A DNA stretch of 64,000 nt from positions 23,190,001-23,254,000 of the forward strand of contig NC_058368.1 of assembly GCF_018350175.1 (NCBI RefSeq). Reading direction: 5' to 3'. Shown in pieces: positions 1 to 12,671 of this stretch. The translations under genes and the position numbers were made by a program. The stretch comes from Felis catus (lineage: Eukaryota). The notes under the pieces are model-generated. The model saw nothing but the letters and a program-made list of their open reading frames with translations, did no database searches and was not told the origin of the DNA. Every line of letters begins with the position of its first letter. Position 1 is the first letter of the stretch.

Positions 1-115
1 CTCATTTGAAAGTGAAGGCTGGTAGCTTCTGTCACAGTAACGGGAAGTTGTCTTAATTTTACTGTCTGTAATTATTGTAATATGTGTAAATAAACATATT
101 TTTGTTTGTACTCTG
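1..115 (+). other. Possible 3' UTR end / poly(A) site of the upstream gene (MED4 by synteny)
   Basis: AU-rich sequence with AATAAA near 89-94 followed by a GU/U-rich tract (tttttgtttgtactctgtatgattttttt). MED4 is convergent with NUDT15 in human. No coding sequence is visible, so the identity is inferred. Confidence 0.3.
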
Positions 116-361
116 TATGATTTTTTTAAATTTAAATATTCCTTTAGTGTAGGTAGGAAATTATTTCTGTAAATCCAGTTTGATTTTATACATACTTAAG
201 TAGAATTCTGGAGTGTGAATGAACATGATGTAATGCATTCAGCTGAACTAGTAATCACAACTGGTAGGTTTCACAAAGGCCCATAATGACAGTCTCAGAA
301 GAAATAAAATGAAGTTGTTGCTTTCTTCTTTTTTTCCCATTAGTCTTCCCACTAGTTTATT

Positions 362-802
362 TCCTCCCTCCCCTTCCCTCCCCTCCCCTCCCCTCCCCTC
401 CCCTCCCCTCCCCTCCCCTCCCCTCCCCTCCCCTCCCCTCCCCTCCCCTCCCCTCCCCTCCCCTCCCCTCCCCTCCCCTCCCCTCCCCTCCCCTCCCCTC
501 CCCTTCCCTTCCCTTCCCTTCCCTTCCCTTCCCTTCCCTTCCCTTCCCTTCCCCCTTTCTTTTCCTCCCCTCCCCTCCCCTCCCCTCCCCTCCCCTCCCC
601 TCCCCTCCCCTCCCCTTCCCTCCCCCTTTCTTTTCCTTTTCTTTACTTCTGATTTCCTTCTTTCTCCCTTCTTTCCTCTCTCCCTTTCTTCCTCCCTCCC
701 TCTCCTCACTTCTTTCTTTCCTTCCTTCCCTCCTGTCTCCTTCCTTCCCTCCCTCCCTTCCCCTCCTTTCTTTCTTTTCTTCCTTCCTTCATTTCTTTCT
801 TT
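362..802. repeat. Polypyrimidine simple repeat: (CCCCT)n, then (CCCTT)n, then a degenerate CT-rich tail
   Basis: Directly visible; it explains the low-complexity ORFs at 248-924. Confidence 0.97.
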
Positions 803-1925
803 CGAAAAAACTTACCATAATAATGTCTGATTTTAAGACTAACAGATTGGCTGAAAGTGTTTAGAATGGAAAGCACTGTCTTGTCTTCACCTTCCCTCTT
901 ACTGCAGTTTTCACAAGGAATCACTTTTAAGCAGTTTTAAATTCTGATGGTTAATCTCCATGTTTAAATAATGTGCTTACACAACTACATTTTGATTTAT
1001 TAGTTTTAGTGTACTTAAAAAAAAATTTTTGTTTCTGATTTGCAAAAGTAATACAACATCCATAGTGGAACATTTAGCAAGTATAGTAAAGTACAAAGAA
1101 AATAAAACTAACATTCTATCTAGAGATCATAGAAATTAACATTTTGGTTCTTTATCTTTTTTAAAGATAAAAGATGGGATGGATTTAAAAATCCACATAT
1201 ATATACATTTTTTTTAAATGAGAATGTATTTCCTGAGGTGCTATATAGTTTTTAATCACATCCTTGCAATGAACTGCAAATTCGATTTTTCTAGCTTTTT
1301 TTCCTTTTTAATATTTAAATGAAACATGACCTATAGAAAAACATTTGTCTTCCAACTTTTGCAATTTCCTGGGAACAAAGTACATTTTTTAGAAGGATAT
1401 CTTTAATAATACATGGAATGAAATGAGTATCCTAGTTTGGAATTCTAACTGAAAGTATAAATTACCTCACAGTTCAATTTCTTTACTTTTGTATTAATGT
1501 GAATCCAATGGCATACCACTATACATAAATTGCGGTTATAACAGTGTCTATTATACAGTATAACAAAATATTGGTTGTCTAATTAAAATATATATATACT
1601 GCAGCCAAGGAAAAGAAGGAGGTGGAAAGGAGAGAGCTGAACCAAATAAGGCAAAATCTTGGTACCTGCTGACTCTGAGTATAGCATGTATGGAAGTTCA
1701 TTGTACTATTCTCTACTTCTGATATATTTGAAAATTTTCATATTAACATTTTTTGTTTTCCACATCAAAAGTGAACTTCACACTCTGGACCCTGTTATAC
1801 GAGATGCCTTTGTTGCTGCCAAAGTTCCAATTCAAGGATGGCAGGCATGGAAAGTGTGGGAATCCACAATAGCAAATGTTCATTGATTCTGTTACAGTTC
1901 CTTAAGCTTTGAGATTTAGGCCACC

Positions 1926-2100
1926 TGTTAGCTTAGTTTGTTAGGTATGCTACAACAAAAACAGAATCATGACTTAAATGGGAATTTATTTTCACACAGT
2001 TCCAGAGGTTAGAAGTCCAAGCTCAAGGTGTAGGGAGGTTTGGCAAGTCTCTCATTGGCTTGCCTTCTTTCTGTGTTCTCATGTGACATCAAACTGCTAT
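1926..2100. mobile_element. MaLR (MLT1-type) LTR fragment
   Basis: Motif aatttattttcacacagttccagaggttagaagtccaagctcaaggtg is typical of MLT1 LTRs. Confidence 0.65.
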
Positions 2101-2337
2101 CTACAGACTCACCTTAAATTTATGTATGCAGTTCTATGACCTCTCATCCAAAACCCTGGGGTCTAAGTGTATTTCACAATTTGGATTTTTAAAAATATTT
2201 TAGAAAGCAGGATATATATAGATATATCCACATATCATATGTTATGTCTATATCTCTCTATATATCATATGTTATGTAATACCCCCAACAAGGTCTGAAG
2301 AGGCACCTTATAAAGAGAGCACTTAAGATTTCTTTAG

Positions 2338-4487
2338 TGGGGTGCCTGGATGGCTCAGTTGGTTAAGTGGCTCTTGATTTTGGCTCAAGACATCTCATGG
2401 TTGTGAGATCAAGCCCCACAGAGCCTGCTTAAGATTCTCTGTCTCTCTGACATGATATTCTATGGAAAACCCAGAGATTCCACCAAAAACCTCCTAGAAC
2501 TGATATGTGAATTCAGCAAGGTCGCAGGATATAAAATCTGCACAGAAATCAGTTGCATTTCTATACGCCAATAATGAGGCAACAGAGAAATCAAGGAATC
2601 GATCCCATTTGCAATTGCACCAAAAATCATAAAATACCTAGGAATAAACCTAACCAAAGAAGTGAAAAATCTATACACTGAAAACTATAGAAAGCTTATG
2701 AAAGAAATTGAAGAAGACACTTAAAAAATGAAAAAATATTCCATGCTCCTGAATTGGAAGAACAAATATTGTTAAAATGTCGATACAACCCAAAGCAATC
2801 TACATATTCAATGCAATTCCTATCAAAATAACACCAGCATTCTTCACAGAGCTAGAACAAACAATCCTAAAATTTGTATGAAACCAGAAAAGACCCTGAA
2901 TAGCCAAAGCAATCCTGAAAAAGAAAACTAAAGCTGGAGGCATCACAATCTGGGACTTGTATTACAAAGCTGTAATCAAGACAGTATGGTACTGGCACAA
3001 AAACAGACACTTAGATGAGTGGAACAGAATAGAGAATTCAGAAGTGAATCCACAAACATGGCCAACTAATCTTTGACAAAGCAGGAAAGAATATCCAATA
3101 AAATAAAAATATTCTCTTCAGCAAATGGTGTTGGGAAAACTGGATAGTGACCTGCAGCAGAATGAACCTGGACCACTTTCTTACACCATACACAAAAATA
3201 AACTCAAAATGGATGAAAGACTTAAACATAAGATAGAAAGCCGCCAAAATCTGCCAGGAAAAAGCAGGTAAAAGCCTCTTTGATCTCAGGTGCAGCAGCT
3301 TCTCACTCAACATGTCTCGAGGCAAGGGAAACAAAAGCAAAAATGAACTGGGACCTCATCAAGATAAAAAGCTTCTGCATAATGAAGGAAAGAAACAATC
3401 AGCAAAACTAAAAGGCAACCAATGGAATGGGAGAAGATATTTGCAAATGACATATCCGATAAAGGGTTAGTATCCAAAATCTATATAGAACTTCTCAAAC
3501 TCAATACCCGAAAAGCAGAATGCAGTCAATGGGCAAAAGACGTGAATAGACAATTTTCCAAAGAAGACATCCAGATGGCTAACAGACACATGAAAAAATG
3601 CTTAACATGGCTCATCATCAGGGAAATACAAATCCAAACCACAATGAGATACCACCTCACACCAGTCAGAATGGCTAATATTAACAACTCAGGCAACAAC
3701 AGATGTTGGCGAGGATGCAGAGAAAGAGGATCTCTTTTGTACTGCTGGTGGGAATGCAAGCTGGTGCAACCATTCTGGAAAACAGTATGGCAGTTCCTCA
3801 AAAAGTTAAAAATAGAACGACCCTACAACCCACCTGCACTAGTAGGTATTTATCTAAGGGATACAGGTGTGCTGTTTCAAAGGGGCACGTACACCTCAAT
3901 GTATACAGCAGCACTATCGACAATAGCCAAAGTACGGAAAGAGCCCAAATGTCCATCAACAGATGAATGGATAAAGAAGAAGTGGTATATATATGAAATG
4001 GAGTATTACTCAGCAATCAAAAAGAATGAAATCTTGCCATTTGCAACAAAGTGGATGGAACTAGAGGGTATTATGCCAAACAAAATTAGTCAGAGAAAGA
4101 CAAATATCATATGACTTCACTTATGTGGAATTTAAGATACAAAACAGATGAACATAAGGGAAGGGAAGCAAAAATAATATAAAAACAGGGAGGGGGACAA
4201 AACATAAGAGACTCAAATACAGAAAACAAACTGAGGGTTGCTGGAGGGGTGTAGGTGAGGGGATGGGCTAAGTGGGTAAGGGGCATTAAGGAAGACACCT
4301 GTTGGGATGAGCACTGGGTATTATATGTAGAGGATGAATCACTAGAATCTACTGAAATCATTACTGCACTGTATGCTAACTAACCTGGATGTAAATTAAA
4401 AAATAAAATCTTAAGAAAAAAAGATTCTCCATCTCTGTCTCCTGCCCCTCCCCTACTTAAATAAATACATAAATAAATAACATGAAA
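2338..4487 (+). mobile_element. Carnivore SINE split by an L1 (5' half 2338-2446, 3' half 4421-4487)
   Basis: Head ggggtgcctggatggctcagttggttaag; CT tract and AATAAA tail resume after the L1. SINE TSD aagatttctttag (2325-2337) / aagatctctttag (4488-4500). Confidence 0.9.
2447..4420 (+). mobile_element. 5'-truncated carnivore LINE-1 (ORF2 RT/C-terminal remnant, 3' UTR, A tail)
   Basis: ORF 3422-4114 is the L1 ORF2 C-terminus (EWEKIFAND...[15 protein letters not shown]); frameshifts upstream; 16-bp TSD at 2431-2446 / 4421-4436. Confidence 0.95.
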
Positions 4488-6234
4488 AAGATCTCTTTAG
4501 CAAAGATTTGTATACTCTGTGACCCAGCCTTCCCATTCGTAGGTTTACATCCGACAGAAATCAGTACACACGTGAACCCTAAAGAAAGCATGCACACATG
4601 CTCATAGCAGCCTTATTTGTAACAGCCTCAATTGGAAACGAGCCAAATGACCATGAGATTTAATTTCCTGAAAAGGCTCTCTAGGCGTACTGTCAAAAAT
4701 AAGTCAGGATAAATTTTATGTCATGTGTATTTGACCTTAATCAGTTAGTTGGAGGGATAAAAACTGCAGGTGCAGTCTGGGAAAAAGAGGACAAGCATCC
4801 CTACACTAGAGGAGAGGCAGCTGGGACAACCTCACGGGACATGGATTCAGAAGACATGAAAGAAACAGAATGGACAAGAGATGGTGGCTGCTTTACGTGG
4901 GGGAAGGGAGTCTAATTTGAGCAATTCAGCAGGTGATGGAGTCATTCCTGGAGAGGAATACAAAGGCAACTTCAGTTTGGAACATAACAAATGAGAAGGA
5001 CGGAAAAGCTCAGGTAGAGATGGGTGGTGTGTGGTTGGGTCTGAAGCTTAGGAAAAAGGTCCGAGCTATACATAATGTCTTTTGGAGAGTCCTCAACAAT
5101 GGGTGGAAAGTGAATCTGTAAAGAAGGAAAAGAACAGAGGACAGGAGGATGAAGTCAAAAAAGCTGGTGAACAGCTTGGCTTGCCCGCCTGCTACTTTGT
5201 TCCTTCTGCCCATGATCTGTTCTGATAAGTAAAATGAGGAGTCCTATGTCATTGCATACAGAGCTACTGAGCATTATTATTAGGCAAAAAGCCAAATACT
5301 TAAACATAGCATACTAAAAATGGGAAATCTAGAATGGAAATTTGGGATTAAATGTGATAGATTCAACTTACAATATAATTAAGAACCTATAATAGTACTT
5401 GACACACTGTAGGTATAAACTAAATGCTTATGGAGGATCTTAACTATGGACTCACGTGTTCACTTTGTCAAGTCCATAAAGCGGAAGGCTTGGTCCATGC
5501 CTCTCAGTCATTGTGTGCTGTTATCTTTATTTGCATTCTTCACAAAGGCTACTCAAGCAAAGCACTGGCTTCTAAGTACAACATGAATAGTCGAATTATT
5601 TTTTAAAAAGGCAGCATTGATATGACTGATATTATGTTGGAAGAAGACTTTGTTTTCTCCCCCGTAGATGATTCCCTGAGCTTTCCTTCTCCACAGTTCT
5701 CAGTTAATGTGATTCTTGCTGCCCCAAAGACAGTATTTTATTTGAAAGCATTTGCCTTATTTGGATAGCTATTAAAGAACTGTTTCTCCAAGGGAGGCTG
5801 AATTCACCACATGCTCCACTGGGAGGGTTTTTGCTAGGATACTGCACTTGCTTATCAGGGGATACAGGACACCTCAGGGATTGACCTGGCACACAGATGA
5901 AGGAAGAGATATTTCAGACTCCCCAGTGTCCTGGCAGAGCGAGGCATACTTCAGAAACTGTAGAGGACATTTAATTGTATGAGAATATTGCTAGTAGTCA
6001 GCATTAGTTTTTTTCCATTAAAGGTAATTCTCAAACCATCTAAGAATTAACTGCTTACCTAAGAGTTCTAAATCCTCCTCCAGTCATCTGCTTATTTAGA
6101 GAAATATTTACTGAGTGATTACGGATGCCAACGGAGCATATTAGGTGCTGGGGAAAATGCAATCCCCTTCTAACATGAAACTTAAAAAAATTTTTTTCAC
6201 CATCTTATTGAAAATACTTATTTTTTAAATTTCA

Positions 6235-6531
6235 TCTCATTTTATTTTTATTTAAATTCAAGCTATTTAATATACAGTATAGTCTTGGCTTCAGAAGTAG
6301 AACCCAGTGATTCATCTCTTACATGTAACACTCAGTGCTCATCCTGCAAAATGCCCTCCTTAATGCCCATCACCCATTTAATCCACCTCTCCCTCAGACC
6401 CCCCTCCAACAACCCTCAGTTTGTTCTCTGTATTTAAGTGTCTCTTATGATTTGCCTCTCTCTTTGTTTTTATCTTATTTTTTCTTCCTTTCCCCTATGT
6501 TCATCTGTTGAGTTTCTCAAATTCCACATAT
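6235..6531 (-). mobile_element. LINE-1 3' UTR fragment
   Basis: Reverse-complement similarity to the L1 3' UTR at ~4120-4400. Confidence 0.85.
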
Positions 6532-7303
6532 AGCCCAGGTTAGTTTTTTTCTTTCCATAAACCTTCGTATCTAATTATGTGTATGTAAAACAAAAACAAA
6601 AACAAAAAAACAATCTCATAAGCTCCTAATGAACCTGTCCATTAAGAATTTAAAGTAGCAGATATGGAAAAACTCTACTTTGTGGTAAGTTTTTGAAGCT
6701 ATAAGACATCTGCTTGGATAATCACTAACCTGAAGAATCAATGAATTCCCAATCAACTATATTTGAGATAAACCTATGGAACGGTTTCATCCATAAGGCT
6801 TGCCTGGTTTCCTCTTAAATTCAATCTGTTACAGTACCACACATCACTTAGACTCTGGACAGCTTCTCTGTACACTCATGAAAGAATGACAATGAGAAAG
6901 GAAAATAATGTCCTGCCTATTATGAAAACATATTTGACCTTGAGTGCCCTTGAAAGGGTCTCATGGACCTCCCCAGATGTCACCTGGAGGACCACTGCCC
7001 TAGTCTAATCTCATTTTACCTATAAGGAAGCTGGATCTCACAAAGATTATGTGAGAAATCCAAAAGTCCATGGCCTGTTAATGACAGTATAGTATCTCAG
7101 ACAGTTTGTCTCACTTCTCTTGAGGTAGCTTCTGAATCAGAAACCTGGGAAATATACCCTAATGACCTGTCCTATCACTCCAGTTGCAAAGACTGTCACA
7201 CTATAGTACCAAAAATTTTGTTTTAAATAAAACAGACAAGGAAAGTCAACAAACGTGATAAATTCCGCAACAGGCATACTGTGTTAGCATCTGAATTAGG
7301 ATC

Positions 7304-7309
7304 TTTATT
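7304..7309 (-). promoter_or_regulatory. Candidate NUDT15 polyadenylation signal (AATAAA)
   Basis: tttatt on + strand, ~350 nt past the stop codon, with a GU-rich tract downstream on the minus strand. Confidence 0.45.
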
Positions 7310-7656
7310 TGAACAGAAACACTAGGGCAAATTCTATAGCCCTCCATGCCAGGCAGGCTGGTAATGACAAACTGCACAGTAAATATCACAGAAAAATACA
7401 GAAAGCAGAATTGCCACAATATCACCATTCATCACATTTTCTGAGTCTGAAATGCAATTGATGACATCATGCCAGCAAATTTTTCATAAGTACTGGCTGA
7501 AAGGGTGGTGGGTATATTAAAAGGCGGCAAATCAACTGGCAAGCATATAGAAATTTTTACGTAAGATGGAGTTGTTCTGAAATGTAGGTATTTTTCAGTC
7601 TCTCACAGAACCTTATTTTGTTTTTTCAAAGTATATCAGGTTATCTTCTTCTTCCC

Positions 7657-7796
7657 CTAGAGATGATGACCTTTGTATGCTAACAGGTGATCTAAATCTT
7701 CTTTAAATGGATTGTAGCCTTGTTCCTTTAAACACCGCAGTGCGCAGAAAAGCTGGGCCAGTGGAGGAAATTCTTCCCAGGGAACCCATTCCCAAC
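7657..7796 (-). CDS. NUDT15: Nudix hydrolase 15, coding exon 3 (last)
   Basis: Acceptor tttcttttctag; encodes (S)[48 protein letters not shown]; 140 nt, phase matches exon 2. Confidence 0.96.
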
Positions 7797-9065
7797 CTAG
7801 AAAAGAAAGATACCAAATCAGTTTATTTAGCTGGAAGGAAACAAAGAATATTTATTTTGGCAAGTTAACCTATACTTCGAAAAAATTAATTAAATATAAA
7901 AATGACTTGCAACTAATAATAACATGCTACTAATCACAGTGATGCCATGCATTAGCTCAGCTGTACCAACATCATTTGCCTTTAGAATGAAGGTCTTAAC
8001 AGAAGGGGGATCATTTAAAACATGCTGTTATTTCAACATGAGACCAAGCTTACAAGGGCCCCATGATAGTAAAATCCAGATTTAAGAAAATTCAATTTTT
8101 GCTTGAATATTTGGCTGAACAAAACATACAGAACTTTACACATGACAGGTGGTAACACTACATGAAAACAAACCAGCTGCCCCACCTATAGAATAAGGTA
8201 AGTTACATTTCTAAGCTATCCTCCATCTTGTTAAAAAGTAATGGAAGCTGTGCAGAGAATAAAAATATTCTCTGGCTGTGGTACACTTTAGATAGAAAGA
8301 CAATATGGATGGGACTGATTTTCAAAAATCCATTGAAAAAGGAAAGATTTAACAGTATCTATTGTGAAATACACAAAATCCTAGAAAAATGCTCTAGGCA
8401 ACAGTATTCTCTTTGATGACTTAAATGTAAGGAACATGAAAGCACAGATGCTCATAACAGGTGAATATATAAATACTATATTACTAAGATGTACACTCCA
8501 TGTTCTAAGTTTCTTCATGGTCACACGCATATACTTATGTTTAAATGCAGTTTCTTCCACTAAGTGTTTCTCTGCCTGTAAGATACAGGTATGCAGTTTC
8601 ACTCTGGGACAGGGGACAAAGAATCCATGAAATTAGAACAAGTTCAGGAAGGAGTGATCAGCAACTGTGACCTAAGAGTCTAAGAGAAAGAGAGTAGGAC
8701 AGAAGGAGGGAGAAAGAAAGAGAGACAGAGAGAGAGAGAGGGAGAGAGGTGTCACCCAACAGTGTGTTGCAAGATGCGGAATTAACAGTCTCAAGGGAGC
8801 TGTCTGTAAAGTTTATCCTGTCTGCGAGAAAATGAAGCATCTGGCTGATCCTCCTGATTATAATTGGATGGCTGGAGAAAAGATGTCATAACCAGTAACC
8901 TGAAGCAGGTGATCCAGATCCAGGATCTGACAAACATGGGAGAGAAAATGCATCTTTATGCTATAAATAAAACCACCACCACAGAGCTGCTGCACCCTGG
9001 CTGTGGTGCAGCTGGCTACCCAGCAAGTGAAAATAACTCCTGCTATGTTGTCATGAAGGGCTAGA

Positions 9066-9150
9066 GAGGAATCAGTGTTTCTTTTTTTCTTTTTCTTTTT
9101 CTTTTTCTTTTTCTTTTTTTTTTTTTTTTTTTTGAGGAATCAGTGTTTCT
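9066..9150 (-). mobile_element. Poly(A)-only retro-insertion with 17-bp TSD
   Basis: gaggaatcagtgtttct at 9066-9082 and 9134-9150 flanks a pure T/C tract. Confidence 0.8.
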
Positions 9151-10426
9151 GATCAAATCTGACTTGGTGCTAGTAACCTTGGGCCTTATAAAATCATACT
9201 GTGTGACCTTAGATTACTAGCCTGTGAGAAGGTCAACAAAATGAAGGTGGACAAGCTCAAAAAAAGTTATATAAATGAAAAAAAATCACAAGGCATGTAA
9301 AAATGAGTCAAAACTACCAGATTCTAGGAAGGGAAAAACATTACATACCATAACATAGTAACAAAAACTCTAACACAGAACTTTATAACATAGGATAATA
9401 ATCTTTTAGAAGTTGTTTAAATGTAGGCCGGTCTAGATACTATACTGAAGAACCTCATCCCCTTGTTCCCTTCTTCCTTCAACATGGTCTGAACAATATA
9501 CTCTGAATAGGAGCCAGGCACGGGAGAGTCAAAGGTGAATGAGCCCAAACATCTGCTCTTTATGCATTCAAAGTTCAGTAAAGGAAAACTAGCGAGTACG
9601 ATTTGAAGCTGAACACCCCAACTGAACCTGAGATGCCTTCTAACGTCAGGGGAAGAAAACTAGAAATACAGGCCTACAGTGCAGAGCAGGACAGGAAGTC
9701 GTGCCTTGCACCAGGCTTCAGCAACCCCAACCCCAACAGAGGCGGAGGCGGGGAGGCAGAGGCAGCCGGCTGGAGATTGGTCAGAACTGATGGGACAGTC
9801 AGTGGCTCTGCTGTTTTCCCCTCAGCCCTTCTCCACAAATGAATACTATGTCTGCTCCTTGTGAAGGACGCTAAGTATGCAAAACCAAAGTATTTCATCA
9901 TTTTGTCTCGTCTTGTGTCAGGTTTTTGCTGCTGGTAGAAAAGAGAAAAATAAGGATATGGTCATTCCTTCCAAGTTTAGGGCTCTCTTTTAAGAGAACA
10001 ATAATAATCTGTGCTTACTGCCTGAATATATGACACCTCGAACTAATTTTTAAAAATTCAGTTATGGGAACTGTGCTTTAAAGAAAAAAAGTAAATTGAG
10101 TCCTACAAAAAGTATTAAAGTGGAAATATACATATTTACACTGCAAGTTAATATTAAAAAGACAAGTAACTGTTCCTCCCCACAGCTTCAGGATGTCAAG
10201 ACTACTGAGTTGTGTTTCCACTGTTACTCTGGACTCCCCTCTCTCCTATTCCTCCTTTTATCCAGGATCATTGGGGATGTGAGAGATAGAAGAACTTGTA
10301 GACAGCGCCCCCAGTGAACCTGGTACATTTTCTCACCTGCCCTTCTTAAGGCATGAATGATTTTAGTTGTACCTTAGGCCAACTGAAAGCCTTTGGATAC
10401 TTCTTGGGTATTGATGTGTGTGTCGC

Positions 10427-11280
10427 TGTGATATAAGGAATATATATATAAGGAATATATATGATATATTCCTTATATCATAATCTATATATAGCTTTCC
10501 TCCCTGTTTTCTGGCACAGAGTTCCCGAAACCTTTGTATTTTCCTAAGAGATAGGGACGAGAGGAACACTTGCTATCCATAATAAGCCTCTTTCAACCGT
10601 ACCTGAGTTTATGCTAATAAGCTGATGGGTGGCTGGGCTGAACCTATCCTTAGATAGGTTCAGAACTGGGGGCTGGTGACCAGAAAGATACATCCCACCT
10701 GAGGAGAGAGGAGAGGAGCTGGAGATTGAATTAATCACCAGCAGATAATGATTTAATCAATCATAGAGACTATGATAATATGTACCAATCCCATTACATA
10801 CGAACCTCTATGAAAACCCCACACAACAGGATTCAGAGAGTTTTCTGGGAGGTGAACACGTCAAGGTGCTCATTGAGAGTACGGATGCTCTGCGTCCCTC
10901 CCTCTGCCCACCTTGCCCAGTGCGTCTTCCATGTGGCTGTTTCTGAGCTGCTTCCTCTATAACAAACTGGTAATGTAAGTAAAGTGGTTTCCTGAGTTCT
11001 GAAGGCCATTCTAGCAAATTACTGAACCTGAGGAGGAGGTTGTGGGAACCCCAATTTATAGCCAGGTGACCAGAAGTACAGGAGGCCAGGACTTAGCGAC
11101 TGGTATTTGAAGTGGGTGCAGTCTTGTGGGACGGACTCTGTAATGTTTGGGATCTGACACTGACTCCAAGTAGACAGTGCAAGAATGTAACTGAATTACA
11201 GGGCATCCAATTGATGTCCGGAGAACTATTTGATGTGAAGAAAAGAGCCACAGGTTTGGTGTTGGAGTGTAGTGAGTAAA
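10427..11280 (+). mobile_element. MER21-like ERV LTR in NUDT15 intron 2
   Basis: Starts tgtgatata; contains ctggcacagag, tttatgctaat, gggggctggtgaccagaaaga and gatttaatcaatcat motifs recalled from MER21. Confidence 0.75.
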
Positions 11281-11454
11281 AATAGCTCAGATGTTGCTAG
11301 TTCACTTTAGATGATTCCAAGTCATTACCTGTTTTATAAACAGTCGTATATGACTCAACAGGCCTTCGGGTAGAACATGCCCTTCTGTTCAGTCAATGAA
11401 TTCAATCTGCAAACCACTTAACTCATGATTTATCCATTCTAGAAATTTCACTTC

Positions 11455-11730
11455 TTCCAGGCCTTGGCACATATGCCCTCTCCTCAGAGGCCCTCCATGA
11501 CCACCCTGTCTGATGCAGCACCCATGGGTCACTATCCTTTACACCGTTTTACTTTTATTCTTATTCCTTATCATTACATTGTAAAGTATCTGCTAATGTG
11601 TTGCCTTTCCCCCGGATTAAAAAAAATGTAAAACCTGAGAGGGGAGGGACTTTGTTCCACACACCACTGTTTCTTTAGCGCCTAGAATGGTACCTGGCAT
11701 GCAGTACTCAGTAAGCATTTGTTGAATGAC
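11455..11730 (+). mobile_element. L2 3' end fragment
   Basis: cctagaatggtacctggcatgcagtactcagtaagcatttgttgaatga is a typical L2 terminus. Confidence 0.7.
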
Positions 11731-12114
11731 AAGATTCTTCCATAGTGGAGAATAAATTAAATGTTTATAGGGGAGGTCCAGTACACAAGACCGCTTGGAT
11801 AAGGTTTCACAAGGCAAAGAATATATTTGGTAAGTTTGATATTTTATTCCTTCTCATGGAGTTTTATGAAATTTGAAGAGAGATGATCCATGCAAAGCCC
11901 TTAGGACAATGCTTAGCACACAGTAAATCACATCAATGTTGTTAAAGCTTTCAGAGCACTCGACTCAACACCGAGGATAATTGTTTTGTCAGGTTAGTCA
12001 CTCTCCATGCAAGGAAATTTGTATCTTTCTTACACATGTGAGAAAACTGAGGATGGCACCTTCAACGTTTTGCTTAAAATCAGTCTGAAGCAAAATTAAA
12101 TGCTAAAAATAAAA

Positions 12115-12320
12115 CTAAGACTTACTGAGTACTTACAGTGTTCATTTGGTTCTTTATATGTATTAACTAATTTTATCCCTACAACAACCCATCGGAGGTA
12201 GTTGCTATTATCACAGAGGAGAAAAGAGACCCAGAGACATGAAATAACTCGCCCAAGGTTACAAACCTCTACGTGGAAAAACCAGCATGCAAGTCAAGTA
12301 GTCTGGCTCCAGGCCAGTTC
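12115..12320. mobile_element. MIR SINE
   Basis: ttactgagtacttac...acaacccatcggaggtag...aaataactcgcccaaggttaca core. Confidence 0.7.
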
Positions 12321-12474
12321 TGTTTCCTGCTATATGCTTATGTCTCCAGGATTTAAGTATATGTATTTACACTTCTGTATGAAAAGCCTAATTCTCTTTG
12401 CATGGCAAACATAATGTAATACTCAGATGATAAACTCCTCAAAGATCAGGAATTATTACACATAATTCTCTTAC

Positions 12475-12671
12475 TTTCATTTTTTTCAGGCTCTGTGTTC
12501 TTTGGTTCTGAATCATAAGTCATGTCCACTTCCCCTTTCATTAGTATTGTCACATAATGGTAATTTTCTTTCTTATCAAAGGAATTCACGACTGAGGCAA
12601 AGCGAACATTTTTCAAGCGAAGAGCTGCTTCTTCCCAGGTTTCCCTTTGAGCACATTCTTCCCACGTTTCC
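12475..12671 (-). CDS. NUDT15: Nudix hydrolase 15, coding exon 2
   Basis: ttttccag acceptor and GTAAGA donor; 197 nt; encodes (G)[22 protein letters not shown]...EPEKNE, completing the Nudix box [24 protein letters not shown]. Confidence 0.97.

Noticed and set aside
248..924. ORFs of 153, 173 and 72 aa (GGEGR / PSPPL repeats)
   Set aside because: They are translations of the simple repeat, with no gene structure.
3422..4114. 230-aa ORF, the longest in the window
   Set aside because: It is the C-terminal remnant of a 5'-truncated, frameshifted L1 ORF2, not a host gene.
12446..12474. Exon 2 read-through into intron 2 ([14 protein letters not shown]) as an isoform
   Set aside because: Cannot be supported without transcripts; the donor is canonical.
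12625..12671. Repeated ETWEE motif in NUDT15 exon 2
   Set aside because: A normal feature of the NUDT15 Nudix box, also present in human.
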